A DNA stretch of 64,000 nt from an uncultured Eubacteriales bacterium (GCA_948543815.1 CAOVHW010000002.1:89215-153214), one strand, 5' to 3'; shown: positions 51,183-61,101, counted from the first letter of the stretch. Notes: generated by a model not told the origin, from the sequence alone. Translations and numbers: made by a program.

Positions 51183-52568
51183 TTAATTTTTTTGTTTTTT
51201 CTCATAAAATGATAACATTAAACAAATTATTAAGCAAATAAAAGCTGACGTTCCCCAAAAAATAATTGCACCTTGCCAACCTAAATTATCTACCATGTAA
51301 CCTGTTCCAACAGCTGATAATGTCGCACCGATATATCCAAATAATCCAGTAAAACCAATTGAAGCGGAAGCAACTTTTTTGGAACTACTTTCAACTGCAC
51401 AAATTCCACCAATTAACATTTGTGGACCAGCCGTAAACATTCCAACTAATGCAACACAAATGAAATCTAAAATGCCGCCTTTAGCAATTGCAAGGCCAAC
51501 TAAACTTATCATTAAACCAATCAAAAATAATATATTAACGAGCGTTCGGTTACCTTTAAAAACTTTATCTGAAAGAACCCCAGCTAATATTGTACCAAAC
51601 GCGCCAACAATAGCTAATGAACTTAGTTTCGATGTTGCAAGTGGAAGTGAATTACCTTTTACTTCAACAAGATATTTAACAAGCCAATCTTCCGTTCCAA
51701 ATCTAACTATGTAAACAAAAACGTACGCTATTGCCAGCATCCATATAACAGGATTGCAAATAATGTGCTTTTTAAATATTTCAAAGTAAGAAAGATTTGC
51801 CTCTTCATCTTCAGAATTATTTTTTGCTGCCGGTTCATTTTTATATTCTTCAACTTCCGGTAACCCTAAAGTTTGTGGCTTATCACGCAATCTATCAAAC
51901 AACCAAAGGCCTGTTATGACACAAAGTATTCCGGGGATCCAAAAAGCTGCATGCCAACCAAATTTGTCAATTACAAGCCCTGAAACCATAACAGCGGCAA
52001 AAACACCAACTTGATGTGAAGTTGACCAAATAGCCCATTTTGTAGCACGTTCAGAATTAGAGAACCAATATGACAAACTTTTTGCAACTGGCGGAAAACC
52101 CATTGACTGAAACCAACCATTTGCGCCCCAGAAAAAACAAAAAAACCACAATAAAATAGTAGAAGAAGGTAAACCGAAAAAAGATATTTGTCCCGGAGTT
52201 ATAAAGAAAGCTGAAAGAGCAAAACAAATATTACAAATAGCGGAAGCAATTAATGCAGTAGGTAAAAATGTTCTAACATTTGATTTGTCAGCAAGAATAC
52301 CATTAACAAATTTTCCGATACCATAAGTTATGTACAAGGATGAACCTAAGAGTCCGAGATTTGTATTAGAAAAGTTTAAAGCTTTTGCCATAGCAGGTAA
52401 AGCTACTGCGATATTTTTTCTGCAAACGTGAAACATAACATACGCAATATAGCTAGAATAAAAGATTTGCCATCTGTAACGTTTATACATTTGGTTAACT
52501 TTTTTTTCATCTTTAATTAATTCTTTAGTCGGTGGTTCTTTAAAAAAATTAATAAAAGCATTTGACAT
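51183..52568 (-). CDS. MFS transporter, organophosphate:Pi antiporter family (GlpT/UhpC-like)
   Basis: N-terminus YKRYRWQIFYSSYIAYVMFHVCRKNIAVALPAM parallels the GlpT/UhpT N-terminal signature. 12 TM helices, 461 aa. Confidence 0.7.
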   Translation of the reverse strand: MSNAFINFFKEPPTKELIKDEKKVNQMYKRYRWQIFYSSYIAYVMFHVCRKNIAVALPAMAKALNFSNTNLGLLGSSLYITYGIGKFVNGILADKSNVRTFLPTALIASAICNICFALSAFFITPGQISFFGLPSSTILLWFFCFFWGANGWFQSMGFPPVAKSLSYWFSNSERATKWAIWSTSHQVGVFAAVMVSGLVIDKFGWHAAFWIPGILCVITGLWLFDRLRDKPQTLGLPEVEEYKNEPAAKNNSEDEEANLSYFEIFKKHIICNPVIWMLAIAYVFVYIVRFGTEDWLVKYLVEVKGNSLPLATSKLSSLAIVGAFGTILAGVLSDKVFKGNRTLVNILFLIGLMISLVGLAIAKGGILDFICVALVGMFTAGPQMLIGGICAVESSSKKVASASIGFTGLFGYIGATLSAVGTGYMVDNLGWQGAIIFWGTSAFICLIICLMLSFYEKKQKN

Positions 52569-52600
52569 AACAACATACTCCTTTTAAAATTTTTTATTTA

Positions 52601-54046
52601 TCAAACAAATTCATTAAGCAAAGAATTTTTAACGTGCAATAAATCATTTGACAAATCAACAGGCATAATTTCCGGATTAACAATTCGTTTATATTCGTCC
52701 CACAAAGTATCGAGTTGCGAACTACAATAATTTTTAATCTGTGAAACGCTTGGGAAATCATAAACTTTTTTTCCATTCAAAATAATTGGTGTCAACATTT
52801 TACGAATGGTATAAGAATTTTTTTGAAAGGTCATCTTTTTCCATGGTGCATTTGGATCAAATATAGTTAAATCATTATCTGTAGGAAATTTTTCGTCGTA
52901 TAAACCTAACAAATCTGCCTTGATTTTATTTGATTTATTTTCGTAAATTCTAAAAATTTGTTTGAAACATGGCGTACTTATTTTTTCAGGATTTTCTGAA
53001 ATTTTAATTTTAGGCTGCATCACTCCATTTTCATTTTCTATGGCAACTAATTTATAAACGCCACCAAGTGAAGGATTTGTGTCAGCCGTAATTAATTTTG
53101 TACCAATCCCCCACGTATTTATTTTTGCATCTTGTAGCTTTAACGCAGAAATTAAATTTTCATCTAAATCATTTGAAACAACGATATCGGCATCGAATAA
53201 ATTTTCATTGTCAAGCATTTTACGAATTTCTTTTGTAAGATATGCGAAGTCTCCACTATCCAGGCGTACACCAAATTTCTTTGGCTTAATTCCTTTTTGA
53301 AACATTTCTTTAAAAACTTTAATCGCATTCAAAATGCCCGACTTCAAAGTATTATAAGTATCAATAAGTAAAATACAGTTGTCGGGAAATTGCCGCGCAT
53401 ATTCGCAAAATGCCTCATACTCACTCGGAAAACTCATTATCCAACTATGCGAATGAGTTCCGCTCACAGGAATATCAAAAAGTTTCGCTGCCAATACATT
53501 ACTCGTTGCATCAAATCCACCAATAATACTAGCGCGCGTACCAAAAATTGCTGCATCAGGACCTTGAGCACGACGTAAACCAAATTCAAAAATTACATCA
53601 TTGCCAACAGCTTGCCTAATTCGTGCGGCTTTAGTTGCTATTAAAGTTTGATGGTTAATAATATTAAGTAAAGTGGATTCTAAAAATTGAGCTTGTATGA
53701 TTGGCGCCCTTACTACTAATAATGGTTCATTTGAGAAAACTAAATCACCTTCTTTTACCGCAAAAATATCGCCGGTAAATTTAAAATGACGAAGATAATT
53801 CAAAAAATCATTAGTAAAACAATTTTGGGAAGCCAAAAAATTTATATCGTCATCTGAAAAATTTATATTCAAAATGTAATCAATAGCTTGCTGGAGGCCA
53901 GCAGCAATTATGTAGCCATTACCGAAAGGATTTTTCCGGCAATATAAATCGAAAATAGAAATTCTTTCAGATGTACCACTTAAAAAAAATCCTTGCATCA
54001 TAGTTAATTCATAGAAATCAGTTAAGAGTGACAAATTTTTTTCCAT
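52601..54046 (-). CDS. pncB: Nicotinate phosphoribosyltransferase
   Basis: LLTDFYELTMMQGFF start, FEFGLRRAQGPDAA, SGTHSHSWIMSF. 481 aa. Confidence 0.85.
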   Translation of the reverse strand: MEKNLSLLTDFYELTMMQGFFLSGTSERISIFDLYCRKNPFGNGYIIAAGLQQAIDYILNINFSDDDINFLASQNCFTNDFLNYLRHFKFTGDIFAVKEGDLVFSNEPLLVVRAPIIQAQFLESTLLNIINHQTLIATKAARIRQAVGNDVIFEFGLRRAQGPDAAIFGTRASIIGGFDATSNVLAAKLFDIPVSGTHSHSWIMSFPSEYEAFCEYARQFPDNCILLIDTYNTLKSGILNAIKVFKEMFQKGIKPKKFGVRLDSGDFAYLTKEIRKMLDNENLFDADIVVSNDLDENLISALKLQDAKINTWGIGTKLITADTNPSLGGVYKLVAIENENGVMQPKIKISENPEKISTPCFKQIFRIYENKSNKIKADLLGLYDEKFPTDNDLTIFDPNAPWKKMTFQKNSYTIRKMLTPIILNGKKVYDFPSVSQIKNYCSSQLDTLWDEYKRIVNPEIMPVDLSNDLLHVKNSLLNEFV

Positions 54047-54060
54047 AATAATACTCCTAA

Positions 54061-54717
54061 TTAATTGAAAAAATTTTTTGCGCCCATTATTGTTGGGACA
54101 TCTCCATTAATAATTGTATTAATAAGTGGTATTTTTTTTCGGAAAGTAATTTGTTTTCTTATAATTGGATTAACGACTTGGCAAAAAAATTTTACATCTA
54201 ACCAAATTTGAAAATTAGTTTGATTAATACCGGCACTAATAAATTTTGATTCGTAATCAATTAAAGCGTTACCATTAGGCATCATTTTAATAGTGATAGA
54301 TGGCCCCATAAAGTTAAAGAAATTAATACCGCAAAGAGATGAGATAATAGCACCGATAGGGATTTTAATAGAATTAGTACCTAAATTTAAGAATTCATTA
54401 GGGATTGAAATAGCTAATTGCGAACAAAATTCATTAATTAAAATAGTATTAGCGGATAAGGAAATAATTTTGCCATCTTCTACATTTATATTACAAAAAT
54501 TATCAGAAGTCAAACGGTTTTTTGTGGTAAGTCGTGAGACAGCATGATGGATTGCCAAATTAATTTGATTATTCATAATGAATTTAGATTCAATGATAGC
54601 GGACTCCATAAGGAATTTATCAGTAATAAAGATGAAGTAAATTAACAAAATTATTACAGATAAAGAAAAAAGTTTGAGGAGAGGGAATTTTTTTTTTGAA
54701 CGAAAATAATATTTCAT
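54061..54717 (-). CDS. yunB: Sporulation protein YunB
   Basis: N-terminal TM helix, with C-terminal SAGINQTNFQIWLDV and the overall ~220-aa layout typical of YunB. Confidence 0.7.
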   Translation of the reverse strand: MKYYFRSKKKFPLLKLFSLSVIILLIYFIFITDKFLMESAIIESKFIMNNQINLAIHHAVSRLTTKNRLTSDNFCNINVEDGKIISLSANTILINEFCSQLAISIPNEFLNLGTNSIKIPIGAIISSLCGINFFNFMGPSITIKMMPNGNALIDYESKFISAGINQTNFQIWLDVKFFCQVVNPIIRKQITFRKKIPLINTIINGDVPTIMGAKNFFN

Positions 54718-54785
54718 AGAATTATTTTATTCAAAAAAGATTCCGTCAAGACTCAAACTTATAAATTTTTTCCTTTGATATTTTT

Positions 54786-57497
54786 TTAAATTACTGGAGT
54801 AGCTAAAATTTTTTCAGGTTCTTTTTCATCTTTGTTTTGTGATTTAACAATGCTTTCATTTTCTTGAGTTAATAAATTATTTTTATTTAAATCTGAAACA
54901 TTTTTATTAAGTTCAAGATTTTTCATTGCAAAGAATCCAATAGTTGATGCAATAAAAGAAAATACAGCAAGCGAAAATAAAATTCCAGTAAGAATAAATC
55001 CGGCAGTTTTTGCTGCAAAAATTGTAAATCCGATTGCCGCCGAAACTGGTGGGCAAAAAATAATTGCTGCTACTAACAAAGCAGAACCTATAATCAAACT
55101 TAAACCAAATAAAGCTTTCAACCATAAACTTTTATTTTGTAAATTTTTATTTTCTGGAACATCCAAATTTGCTTCAACTTGAGCTTCAATTTTTTTAACA
55201 ACATTTTGTTTTTCCTGCAATTCCTTAATTTGATTTTGTAGATTTTCGTTTAAATTATCTGTTTTATTTTTGGAGCTTTTTAAATTTTTAATTTCAGTTT
55301 GTAAATTTGTTGTCAATGTTTTTGATTCATTTAAACTTTTTTCAAGTTGCGTTTTTTGAGAATTTAAATTTTGTATTTCAGTTTGATTTTGAGTAATTTG
55401 ATTTTCTTTCTCTTGACTTAAATTTTTTTGTTCTTGGATTTTTTTATTTAATTTTTCAATTTGTTGTTTTAATTTTTCATTTGATTCATCAACTTCGTTC
55501 TTAGAAATTTTTAAATCTTGCAATTCTTTTTCTAAATTTTCTTTTTCACTTTTCAAATTTTGTATTTCAGTTTCATTTTCAATAATTTGCTTTTCTTTCT
55601 CTTGACTTAAATTTTCTTGTTCTTGGATTTTTTTATTTAATTCTTCAATTTGTTGTTTTAATTTTTCATTTGATTTATCAACTTCGTTCTTAGAAGCTGT
55701 TAAATTTTGCAATTCTTTTTCTAAATTTTCTTTAACTTGATTTAATTCATTAATTGTTTCATTAGCTTTAGAAGCTTTCTCATTTTGGTCTTTTTTTAAT
55801 TCATCTAATTTAGTTTTAAGCTGTTCATTTTCTGATTTTAATTTTTGTATTTCTTCTTGCGCTAAATCATTTTTTGAAATCAATTCATTTTCTTTTTCTT
55901 TAAGCTTTTTATTTGATTCATCTATTTGGTTTTTTAAATTATTAACTTCATTTTTAAATTTTTCATTTTCATTTTTTAATGTTTGTATTTCAGTTTGATT
56001 TTGATTAATTTGAACTTCTTTCGCTTGAAGTTCTTGTTTTGATTTTTCAAATTGATTTTTTGTTGTTTCATTTTCTTTTTCCAAATTTTCAATTTGTTCT
56101 TTTAAATTTGTTTCTAATGCTTCTAACTTCTCTAATTCAAACTCAAACTGTTCATTTTCATCTATAAGTTTTTTTTCTTCTTCATTAAGTTCTTTATTTG
56201 CAGATTTAAGTTGTTCATTTTCACTTTTTAAAGTTTTTATTTCAGTTTCACTTTGATTAATTTTGTTTTCTTTTTCTTTAATTAAATTTTCATATCCTTG
56301 AACTTTTTGTTCCGATTTTTCAAATTGATTTTTTGTTGTTTCATTTTCCTTTTTCAAATTTTCAATTTGTTCTTTTAAATTCAACTCTGATTCTTTAGTA
56401 TTTTTTAAATTGACTTTTAATTGTTCATTTTCACTCTCAAATTGTTTATTTTTTTCAATGAGTTTTTCTTTTTCTTCATTAAATTTTTTATTTGCAAATT
56501 TAAGCCGTTCATTATCATCTTTCAAATTTTGTATTTCAGCTTGATTTGAATTAAGTTCGTCCGTATTTTTTTCGATTAAATTTTCTTGTGTTTGAACTTT
56601 TTTATTTAACTCATCACATTCATTTTTTATATTTTTAATTTCATTTTGCAAACTTATTAATGATTCATTTGTATTATTTAACTCATTTTTAAGTGTACCA
56701 TTATCTTGTGATAATTTTTCATTTAATTCTTTAACTTGATTTAAATCATTTTCAAGTTTTGATTTTTCATTGCTTAATTCATCTATTTTTTCTTGTTTAG
56801 ATGGTTTTTCTGGAGGAAAACTTGAAATTTCGCTATTTTTAAAAGAAAAACTATATTTTTTTATTGGTGAAGTTTTAATTGTTGTTTTTTGTGCGGATTT
56901 AGAAGGTTTTTGTGGAGAATTTAATAGTTTGCGTTTTTCTTCTTCGATGCGTTTTTCTTCTTTGAAATGAAATTTACAAATACAGTAAACCTCAAACGCA
57001 TTATCTATTATTGCAATTTTAGCCTTATTTGCTTTATTCTGTTCACTAATGCGTTCATGGTCCGTCACCCTAATCTTTCTGTCTTTTTTAGGCATATACA
57101 AATTTATAGTTTTATTAAAATTTTCTTTAGGAAAAATGGCTACAAGATTTCTAACTGCATTTGAAAAAGGCTGTTCATCATTCTGTTTACAGCCATCATT
57201 TTGATCATTTGGCAAATTACCTGGCGAACATTTTTGTATAGCACCATCAATATCACTATAACCAACATTATCGTATTCGTGAATCATTGTAAGTAAATTA
57301 ATATATGCAAACCAAACATCTTTTCTAAATGATTTTTTTTTTCGTATAACTTTAGATTTATCTTTCGATGTAACGTTATATTCAACTATAAAACAATCAG
57401 ATTTTGATTTACCTGTAGAATCTTGTAATTGTGGATTTTTATTTTCATCAAACCCTTCTTTGAGAATATTTGTTTTCATATTTTTCATATTTTGCAT
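54786..57497 (-). CDS. Large hypothetical protein with C-terminal membrane anchor: ~230-aa N-terminal domain, ~560-aa repetitive coiled coil, C-terminal TM bundle
   Basis: Uninterrupted 2.7-kb ORF. The first in-frame ATG is 57497 (MQNMKNMK); the track start is TTG 57569. No signal peptide. The E/K/N/Q/L-rich heptad region contains internal repeats. Hydrophobic block LKALFGLSLIIGSALLVAAIIF...SLAVFSFIASTIGFFAM lies ~45 aa before the C-terminus. Confidence 0.7.
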   Translation of the reverse strand: MQNMKNMKTNILKEGFDENKNPQLQDSTGKSKSDCFIVEYNVTSKDKSKVIRKKKSFRKDVWFAYINLLTMIHEYDNVGYSDIDGAIQKCSPGNLPNDQNDGCKQNDEQPFSNAVRNLVAIFPKENFNKTINLYMPKKDRKIRVTDHERISEQNKANKAKIAIIDNAFEVYCICKFHFKEEKRIEEEKRKLLNSPQKPSKSAQKTTIKTSPIKKYSFSFKNSEISSFPPEKPSKQEKIDELSNEKSKLENDLNQVKELNEKLSQDNGTLKNELNNTNESLISLQNEIKNIKNECDELNKKVQTQENLIEKNTDELNSNQAEIQNLKDDNERLKFANKKFNEEKEKLIEKNKQFESENEQLKVNLKNTKESELNLKEQIENLKKENETTKNQFEKSEQKVQGYENLIKEKENKINQSETEIKTLKSENEQLKSANKELNEEEKKLIDENEQFEFELEKLEALETNLKEQIENLEKENETTKNQFEKSKQELQAKEVQINQNQTEIQTLKNENEKFKNEVNNLKNQIDESNKKLKEKENELISKNDLAQEEIQKLKSENEQLKTKLDELKKDQNEKASKANETINELNQVKENLEKELQNLTASKNEVDKSNEKLKQQIEELNKKIQEQENLSQEKEKQIIENETEIQNLKSEKENLEKELQDLKISKNEVDESNEKLKQQIEKLNKKIQEQKNLSQEKENQITQNQTEIQNLNSQKTQLEKSLNESKTLTTNLQTEIKNLKSSKNKTDNLNENLQNQIKELQEKQNVVKKIEAQVEANLDVPENKNLQNKSLWLKALFGLSLIIGSALLVAAIIFCPPVSAAIGFTIFAAKTAGFILTGILFSLAVFSFIASTIGFFAMKNLELNKNVSDLNKNNLLTQENESIVKSQNKDEKEPEKILATPVI
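55366..55743 (-). repeat. Tandem in-frame duplication, 2 x 189 nt (63 aa), inside the coiled-coil gene
   Basis: Marker strings recur at an exact +189 offset: aaattttgtatttca at 55366/55555, tcttgactta at 55411/55600, ctaaattttc at 55532/55721. The encoded units are identical at 49 of 63 positions by my count. Confidence 0.85.
56041..56390 (-). repeat. Second pair of direct repeats (~77 nt copies, 273 nt apart) inside the coiled-coil gene
   Basis: gatttttcaaattgattttttgttgtttcattttc... occurs at 56041 and 56314, encoding NLKEQIENL(K/E)KENETTKNQFEKS twice, 91 aa apart. Confidence 0.8.
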
Positions 57498-57649
57498 ATT
57501 TTTTTCATTCCCTTTGTGAATTTTTTTTTGTAAAACGTTAGCATTATAACATAATTTTACAAAAATCAACTGAAAAAAATTTTAAAGTTATTTTTGTTAT
57601 TTTCTTGTAAAAAAAGACAATAAAAAAATCATAATCTCATCAAAAGAAA

Positions 57650-59761
57650 TTATGATTTTATATCTGGTTTAGGTAACAAATCTTTTCTTGAAAGATTTAT
57701 TCGCCCCTGCTCATCAATATCTAAAACCTTAGCCAAAATTACATCACCGATTTTTACAACATCCTCAACTTTTTTAATTCGTTCGTGCGATAATTTTGAA
57801 ATATGAATGAGACCTTCCTTATCAGGTGCGAATTCAACGAACGCACCGAAATTTGTTATTTTAGTAACTTTAGCAGAAAAAATTTGTCCGGGCAATGGAT
57901 CTTTAATGATTGCATTGATTATGTCTGAAGCTTTTTGAACTTTATTGATATCAGACGATGCGATAAAAATTCTACCATCATCTTCGGTATCAATTTTATC
58001 AACGCCAGATTCATCAATAATTCGACGAATAGTTTTACCACGTGGTCCGATAACGTCTGCCATTTTTTCAATATCAATTTTTAATTTAGCAATTTTCGGA
58101 GCATATTCAGAAATATTTTCGCGCGGTTTGTCAATACATTTTTGCATAACTTCATCCAAAATATAATTTCTGGCAACGTGAGTTTTTTCAAGTGCACCTT
58201 TAATAATTTGTGGAGTAAGTCCATTAATTTTTATGTCCATTTGAATTGCTGTTATTCCATCTTTTGTACCGGCAACTTTAAAATCCATATCGCCAAAAAA
58301 ATCTTCAAGTCCTTGTATATCTGTAAGCAAAATAAAATCATCTTCACTTTGAGCAGTTACAAGTCCAACAGAAATTCCAGCAACAGGCTTTTTAATAGGA
58401 ACACCTGCCGCCATTAATGACAAAGAACTTGCACAAACACTAGCTTGAGATGTTGAACCATTTGAACTTAAAACTTCCGAAACCAATCGTATAGCATATG
58501 GAAATTCATCTTCAGATGGAATAACTGGCAAAAGTGCACGCTCAGCTAATGCACCGTGACCAATTTCACGACGGCCGGGTCCACGTGACGGACGAGTTTC
58601 GCCAACAGAAAAACTTGGGAAATTATAATGATGCATGTAACGTTTGTTTTCCTCTAAAATATCCAAACCATCCAAAACTTGTGCGTCAGACATTGAACCT
58701 AAAGTTGTAACAGTTAAAACTTGCGTTTGACCGCGACTAAATAATGCAGAACCATGTGTGCGAGAAAGAACATCAATTTCCGCAGAAAGTTTTCTTATTT
58801 CATCTAAAGCACGTCCATCTGGCCGTTTATGATGTACAAGAATCATTTTGCGGACAGTTTCTTTTTGAAATTTATACAAAACGTCAGCTAATAATTTATC
58901 ATAATTATCCGTATCATAAGGAATATTTTCTTTTATTTGCGCGAAAATTTCCATAAGATGCTGACTTCTTTCCTGCTTTGATTTTGCAAACAAAATATCT
59001 GACATTTTTTCTTCTGTAACAAATTTTTTTACAGCTTCGTAAAAATCTTTTGGCACATCAATTGGCGAATAAATTTGTTTTCTTTTGCCACATTCTTCAA
59101 CGATTTGTTCAATAAAGTTTACAATTTTTTTATTTTCTTCGTGCGCAAACATAATTGCGTTGTACATATCTTCATCAGAAACTTCCTTAGCGCCCGCTTC
59201 AATCATCATAACTTTATTTTTTGTAGAAGCAACGGTTAATGCTAAATCACTTATTTCACGCTGTGCAGCTGTTGGATTTACAATAAATTTTTTATCAATC
59301 AAACCAATATTTACACCGGAAATAATTTCTTCAAATGGAATATCAGAAATTGACAAAGCAATCGATGCTCCAATCATTGAAGCAATTTCTGGCGAGCAAT
59401 CTTGATCTACTGACAAAACAGTTGCCACGATAGCAACATCGTTTCGATAATTTTTTGGAAAAAGCGGACGAATTGGTCTGTCAATTAAACGTGAAGTAAG
59501 AATAGCTTTTTCAGTTGGACGTCCTTCACGTTTAATAAAACCGCCGGGAATTTTTCCGACGGAATATAAACGTTCTTCATAATCGACACTAAGTGGGAAA
59601 AAATCGATACCATCGCGAGGTTTTTCAGAAGCAGTAGCGGTAACCAAAACGTTAGTATCGCCATATCTGACGATAGCGCTGCCATTTGCCAATTCGGCGA
59701 CACGACCAATTTCAACAACTAAATCACGACCGCCAAAATTAATTTTAAAAGTTTTGTACAT
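57650..59761 (-). CDS. pnp: Polyribonucleotide nucleotidyltransferase (PNPase)
   Basis: Two RNase PH domains, KH (VIGPRGKTIRRI) and S1 (GQIFSAKVTKITNFGAFVEF). 703 aa. Confidence 0.92.
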   Translation of the reverse strand: MYKTFKINFGGRDLVVEIGRVAELANGSAIVRYGDTNVLVTATASEKPRDGIDFFPLSVDYEERLYSVGKIPGGFIKREGRPTEKAILTSRLIDRPIRPLFPKNYRNDVAIVATVLSVDQDCSPEIASMIGASIALSISDIPFEEIISGVNIGLIDKKFIVNPTAAQREISDLALTVASTKNKVMMIEAGAKEVSDEDMYNAIMFAHEENKKIVNFIEQIVEECGKRKQIYSPIDVPKDFYEAVKKFVTEEKMSDILFAKSKQERSQHLMEIFAQIKENIPYDTDNYDKLLADVLYKFQKETVRKMILVHHKRPDGRALDEIRKLSAEIDVLSRTHGSALFSRGQTQVLTVTTLGSMSDAQVLDGLDILEENKRYMHHYNFPSFSVGETRPSRGPGRREIGHGALAERALLPVIPSEDEFPYAIRLVSEVLSSNGSTSQASVCASSLSLMAAGVPIKKPVAGISVGLVTAQSEDDFILLTDIQGLEDFFGDMDFKVAGTKDGITAIQMDIKINGLTPQIIKGALEKTHVARNYILDEVMQKCIDKPRENISEYAPKIAKLKIDIEKMADVIGPRGKTIRRIIDESGVDKIDTEDDGRIFIASSDINKVQKASDIINAIIKDPLPGQIFSAKVTKITNFGAFVEFAPDKEGLIHISKLSHERIKKVEDVVKIGDVILAKVLDIDEQGRINLSRKDLLPKPDIKS

Positions 59762-59770
59762 AATTATGCC

Positions 59771-60028
59771 CTACTTTCTCAGACCTAATTTAGCAATTAG
59801 TTCACGATATTCATCAATATCTCGGTTTTTAATGTAATTTAATAAAGCTTTGCGTTTGCCAACCATTTTTAACAAACCGCGTCGTGAATGAAAATCTTTG
59901 GCATGAACTTTAAAATGTTCCGTCAAATGATTTATTCTAGCGGTAAGTAAAGCAACTTGGACAGCCGGAGAACCTGTATCATTTTCAGTTTGTCCAAAAC
60001 TTGAAATAATTTCTTGCTTGTTAATCAT
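59771..60028 (-). CDS. rpsO: 30S ribosomal protein S15
   Basis: [57 protein letters not shown] before ATG 60028; the track's TTG 60043 lies within the SD region. Confidence 0.92.
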   Translation of the reverse strand: MINKQEIISSFGQTENDTGSPAVQVALLTARINHLTEHFKVHAKDFHSRRGLLKMVGKRKALLNYIKNRDIDEYRELIAKLGLRK

Positions 60029-60110
60029 AAAAAATTCCTCCAAAAAAAATATTAGCCATAAGCCGTAAAAATGGACGCAACCCCAAATTCACAGTTTAGG
60101 TATCGGCAAT

Positions 60111-60139
60111 ATGATAGCACACAGTAAAAAAATTTTCAA
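60111..60139 (-). promoter_or_regulatory. Putative promoter of rpsO-pnp
   Basis: Minus strand reads TTGAAA (60139-60134), 17-nt spacer, TATCAT (60116-60111). This leaves a ~75-nt leader. Confidence 0.45.
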
Positions 60140-60150
60140 ATTAAAATTTT

Positions 60151-61029
60151 TTATTCCAAAAATTTAATTTCGGTTTCGAGTGCTATATCAAATTTATCCT
60201 TCACAACTTTTTGAATGTGATGGATCAAATCCAAAACATTTTGTGCTGTTGCATTTCCCGTATTAATAATAAATCCGCAATGTTTTGAAGAAACGCACGC
60301 GCCACCAATTTTATAATTAGCGAGATTAGCTTCCATAATTAATTTGCCCGCGAAATTATTTTTGGGACGTTTGAAAATACTACCGGCATTAGGAAAATTT
60401 AATGGCTGAGAATTTCGACGCTTCAATGAAAATTCATTCATTTTTTTTTGTATTTCATCATGATTTCCATTTTGCAATTTTATTTTTGCCGAAAGCACAA
60501 CATAATTTTCGTCAATCAAACTTTTACGATATGAAAAATTCAAATCGGTATAAGTTTTTATTTGGCCATTATGTAAAATTTGTGCGGACACAAAAACATC
60601 TTTTATTTCGCCACCATAAGCTCCAGCATTCATACAAATTGCGCCACCCAAAGTTCCTGGAATACCAAATGCAAATTCAACTCCCGACAAATTATTTTTA
60701 AGTGCAAACTTTGCGAGATGGCTCAAAAAAATTCCACTTCCGGCTTCAATTTCATTTCCATTTAAATTTATCTGCGAAATATTTTTACCGATTTTAATTA
60801 TCACGCCACGAAAACCATTGTCGGAAACAAGTAAATTTGTGCCGTTGCCAATGACAAAATATCGGATAGAATTTTTTTTGCAAAAATCAATTACAGATAC
60901 AATGTCGGAAATTTTTTGCGGTAAAAATAAAATATCAGCAGGCCCACCGATTTTAAATGAGGTATGATTTTTCATCGGCTCATTAATTAATATTTGTTGT
61001 GGAAAATTTTCTTCAAAAAATTTTTGCAT
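60151..61029 (-). CDS. murB: UDP-N-acetylenolpyruvoylglucosamine reductase
   Basis: FAD-binding domain start NHTSFKIGGPADI, GNGTNLLVSD and GGACVSSKHCGFIIN. GGAG SD before ATG 61029. Confidence 0.88.
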   Translation of the reverse strand: MQKFFEENFPQQILINEPMKNHTSFKIGGPADILFLPQKISDIVSVIDFCKKNSIRYFVIGNGTNLLVSDNGFRGVIIKIGKNISQINLNGNEIEAGSGIFLSHLAKFALKNNLSGVEFAFGIPGTLGGAICMNAGAYGGEIKDVFVSAQILHNGQIKTYTDLNFSYRKSLIDENYVVLSAKIKLQNGNHDEIQKKMNEFSLKRRNSQPLNFPNAGSIFKRPKNNFAGKLIMEANLANYKIGGACVSSKHCGFIINTGNATAQNVLDLIHHIQKVVKDKFDIALETEIKFLE

Positions 61030-61070
61030 TTTGTCAACTCCTTTTTTGTCCATTATAACTTTATATTGCA

Positions 61071-61097
61071 AAAAAAATATCCGGAACTTGTCCGGAT
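61071..61097 (-). terminator. Terminator between the 92-aa gene and murB
   Basis: Palindromic hairpin atccgga-acttg-tccggat, followed on the minus strand by T7. Confidence 0.6.
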
Positions 61098-61101
61098 TTT
61101 T

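Noticed and set aside
55366-56390. Regularly spaced DNA repeats that might be mistaken for a CRISPR array, given the Cas4-like gene elsewhere.
   Set aside because: The repeats are 77-189 nt long and contiguous or in-frame within one long ORF. They encode coiled-coil heptads. They lack the short-repeat/unique-spacer structure and are 28 kb from the Cas4-like gene.
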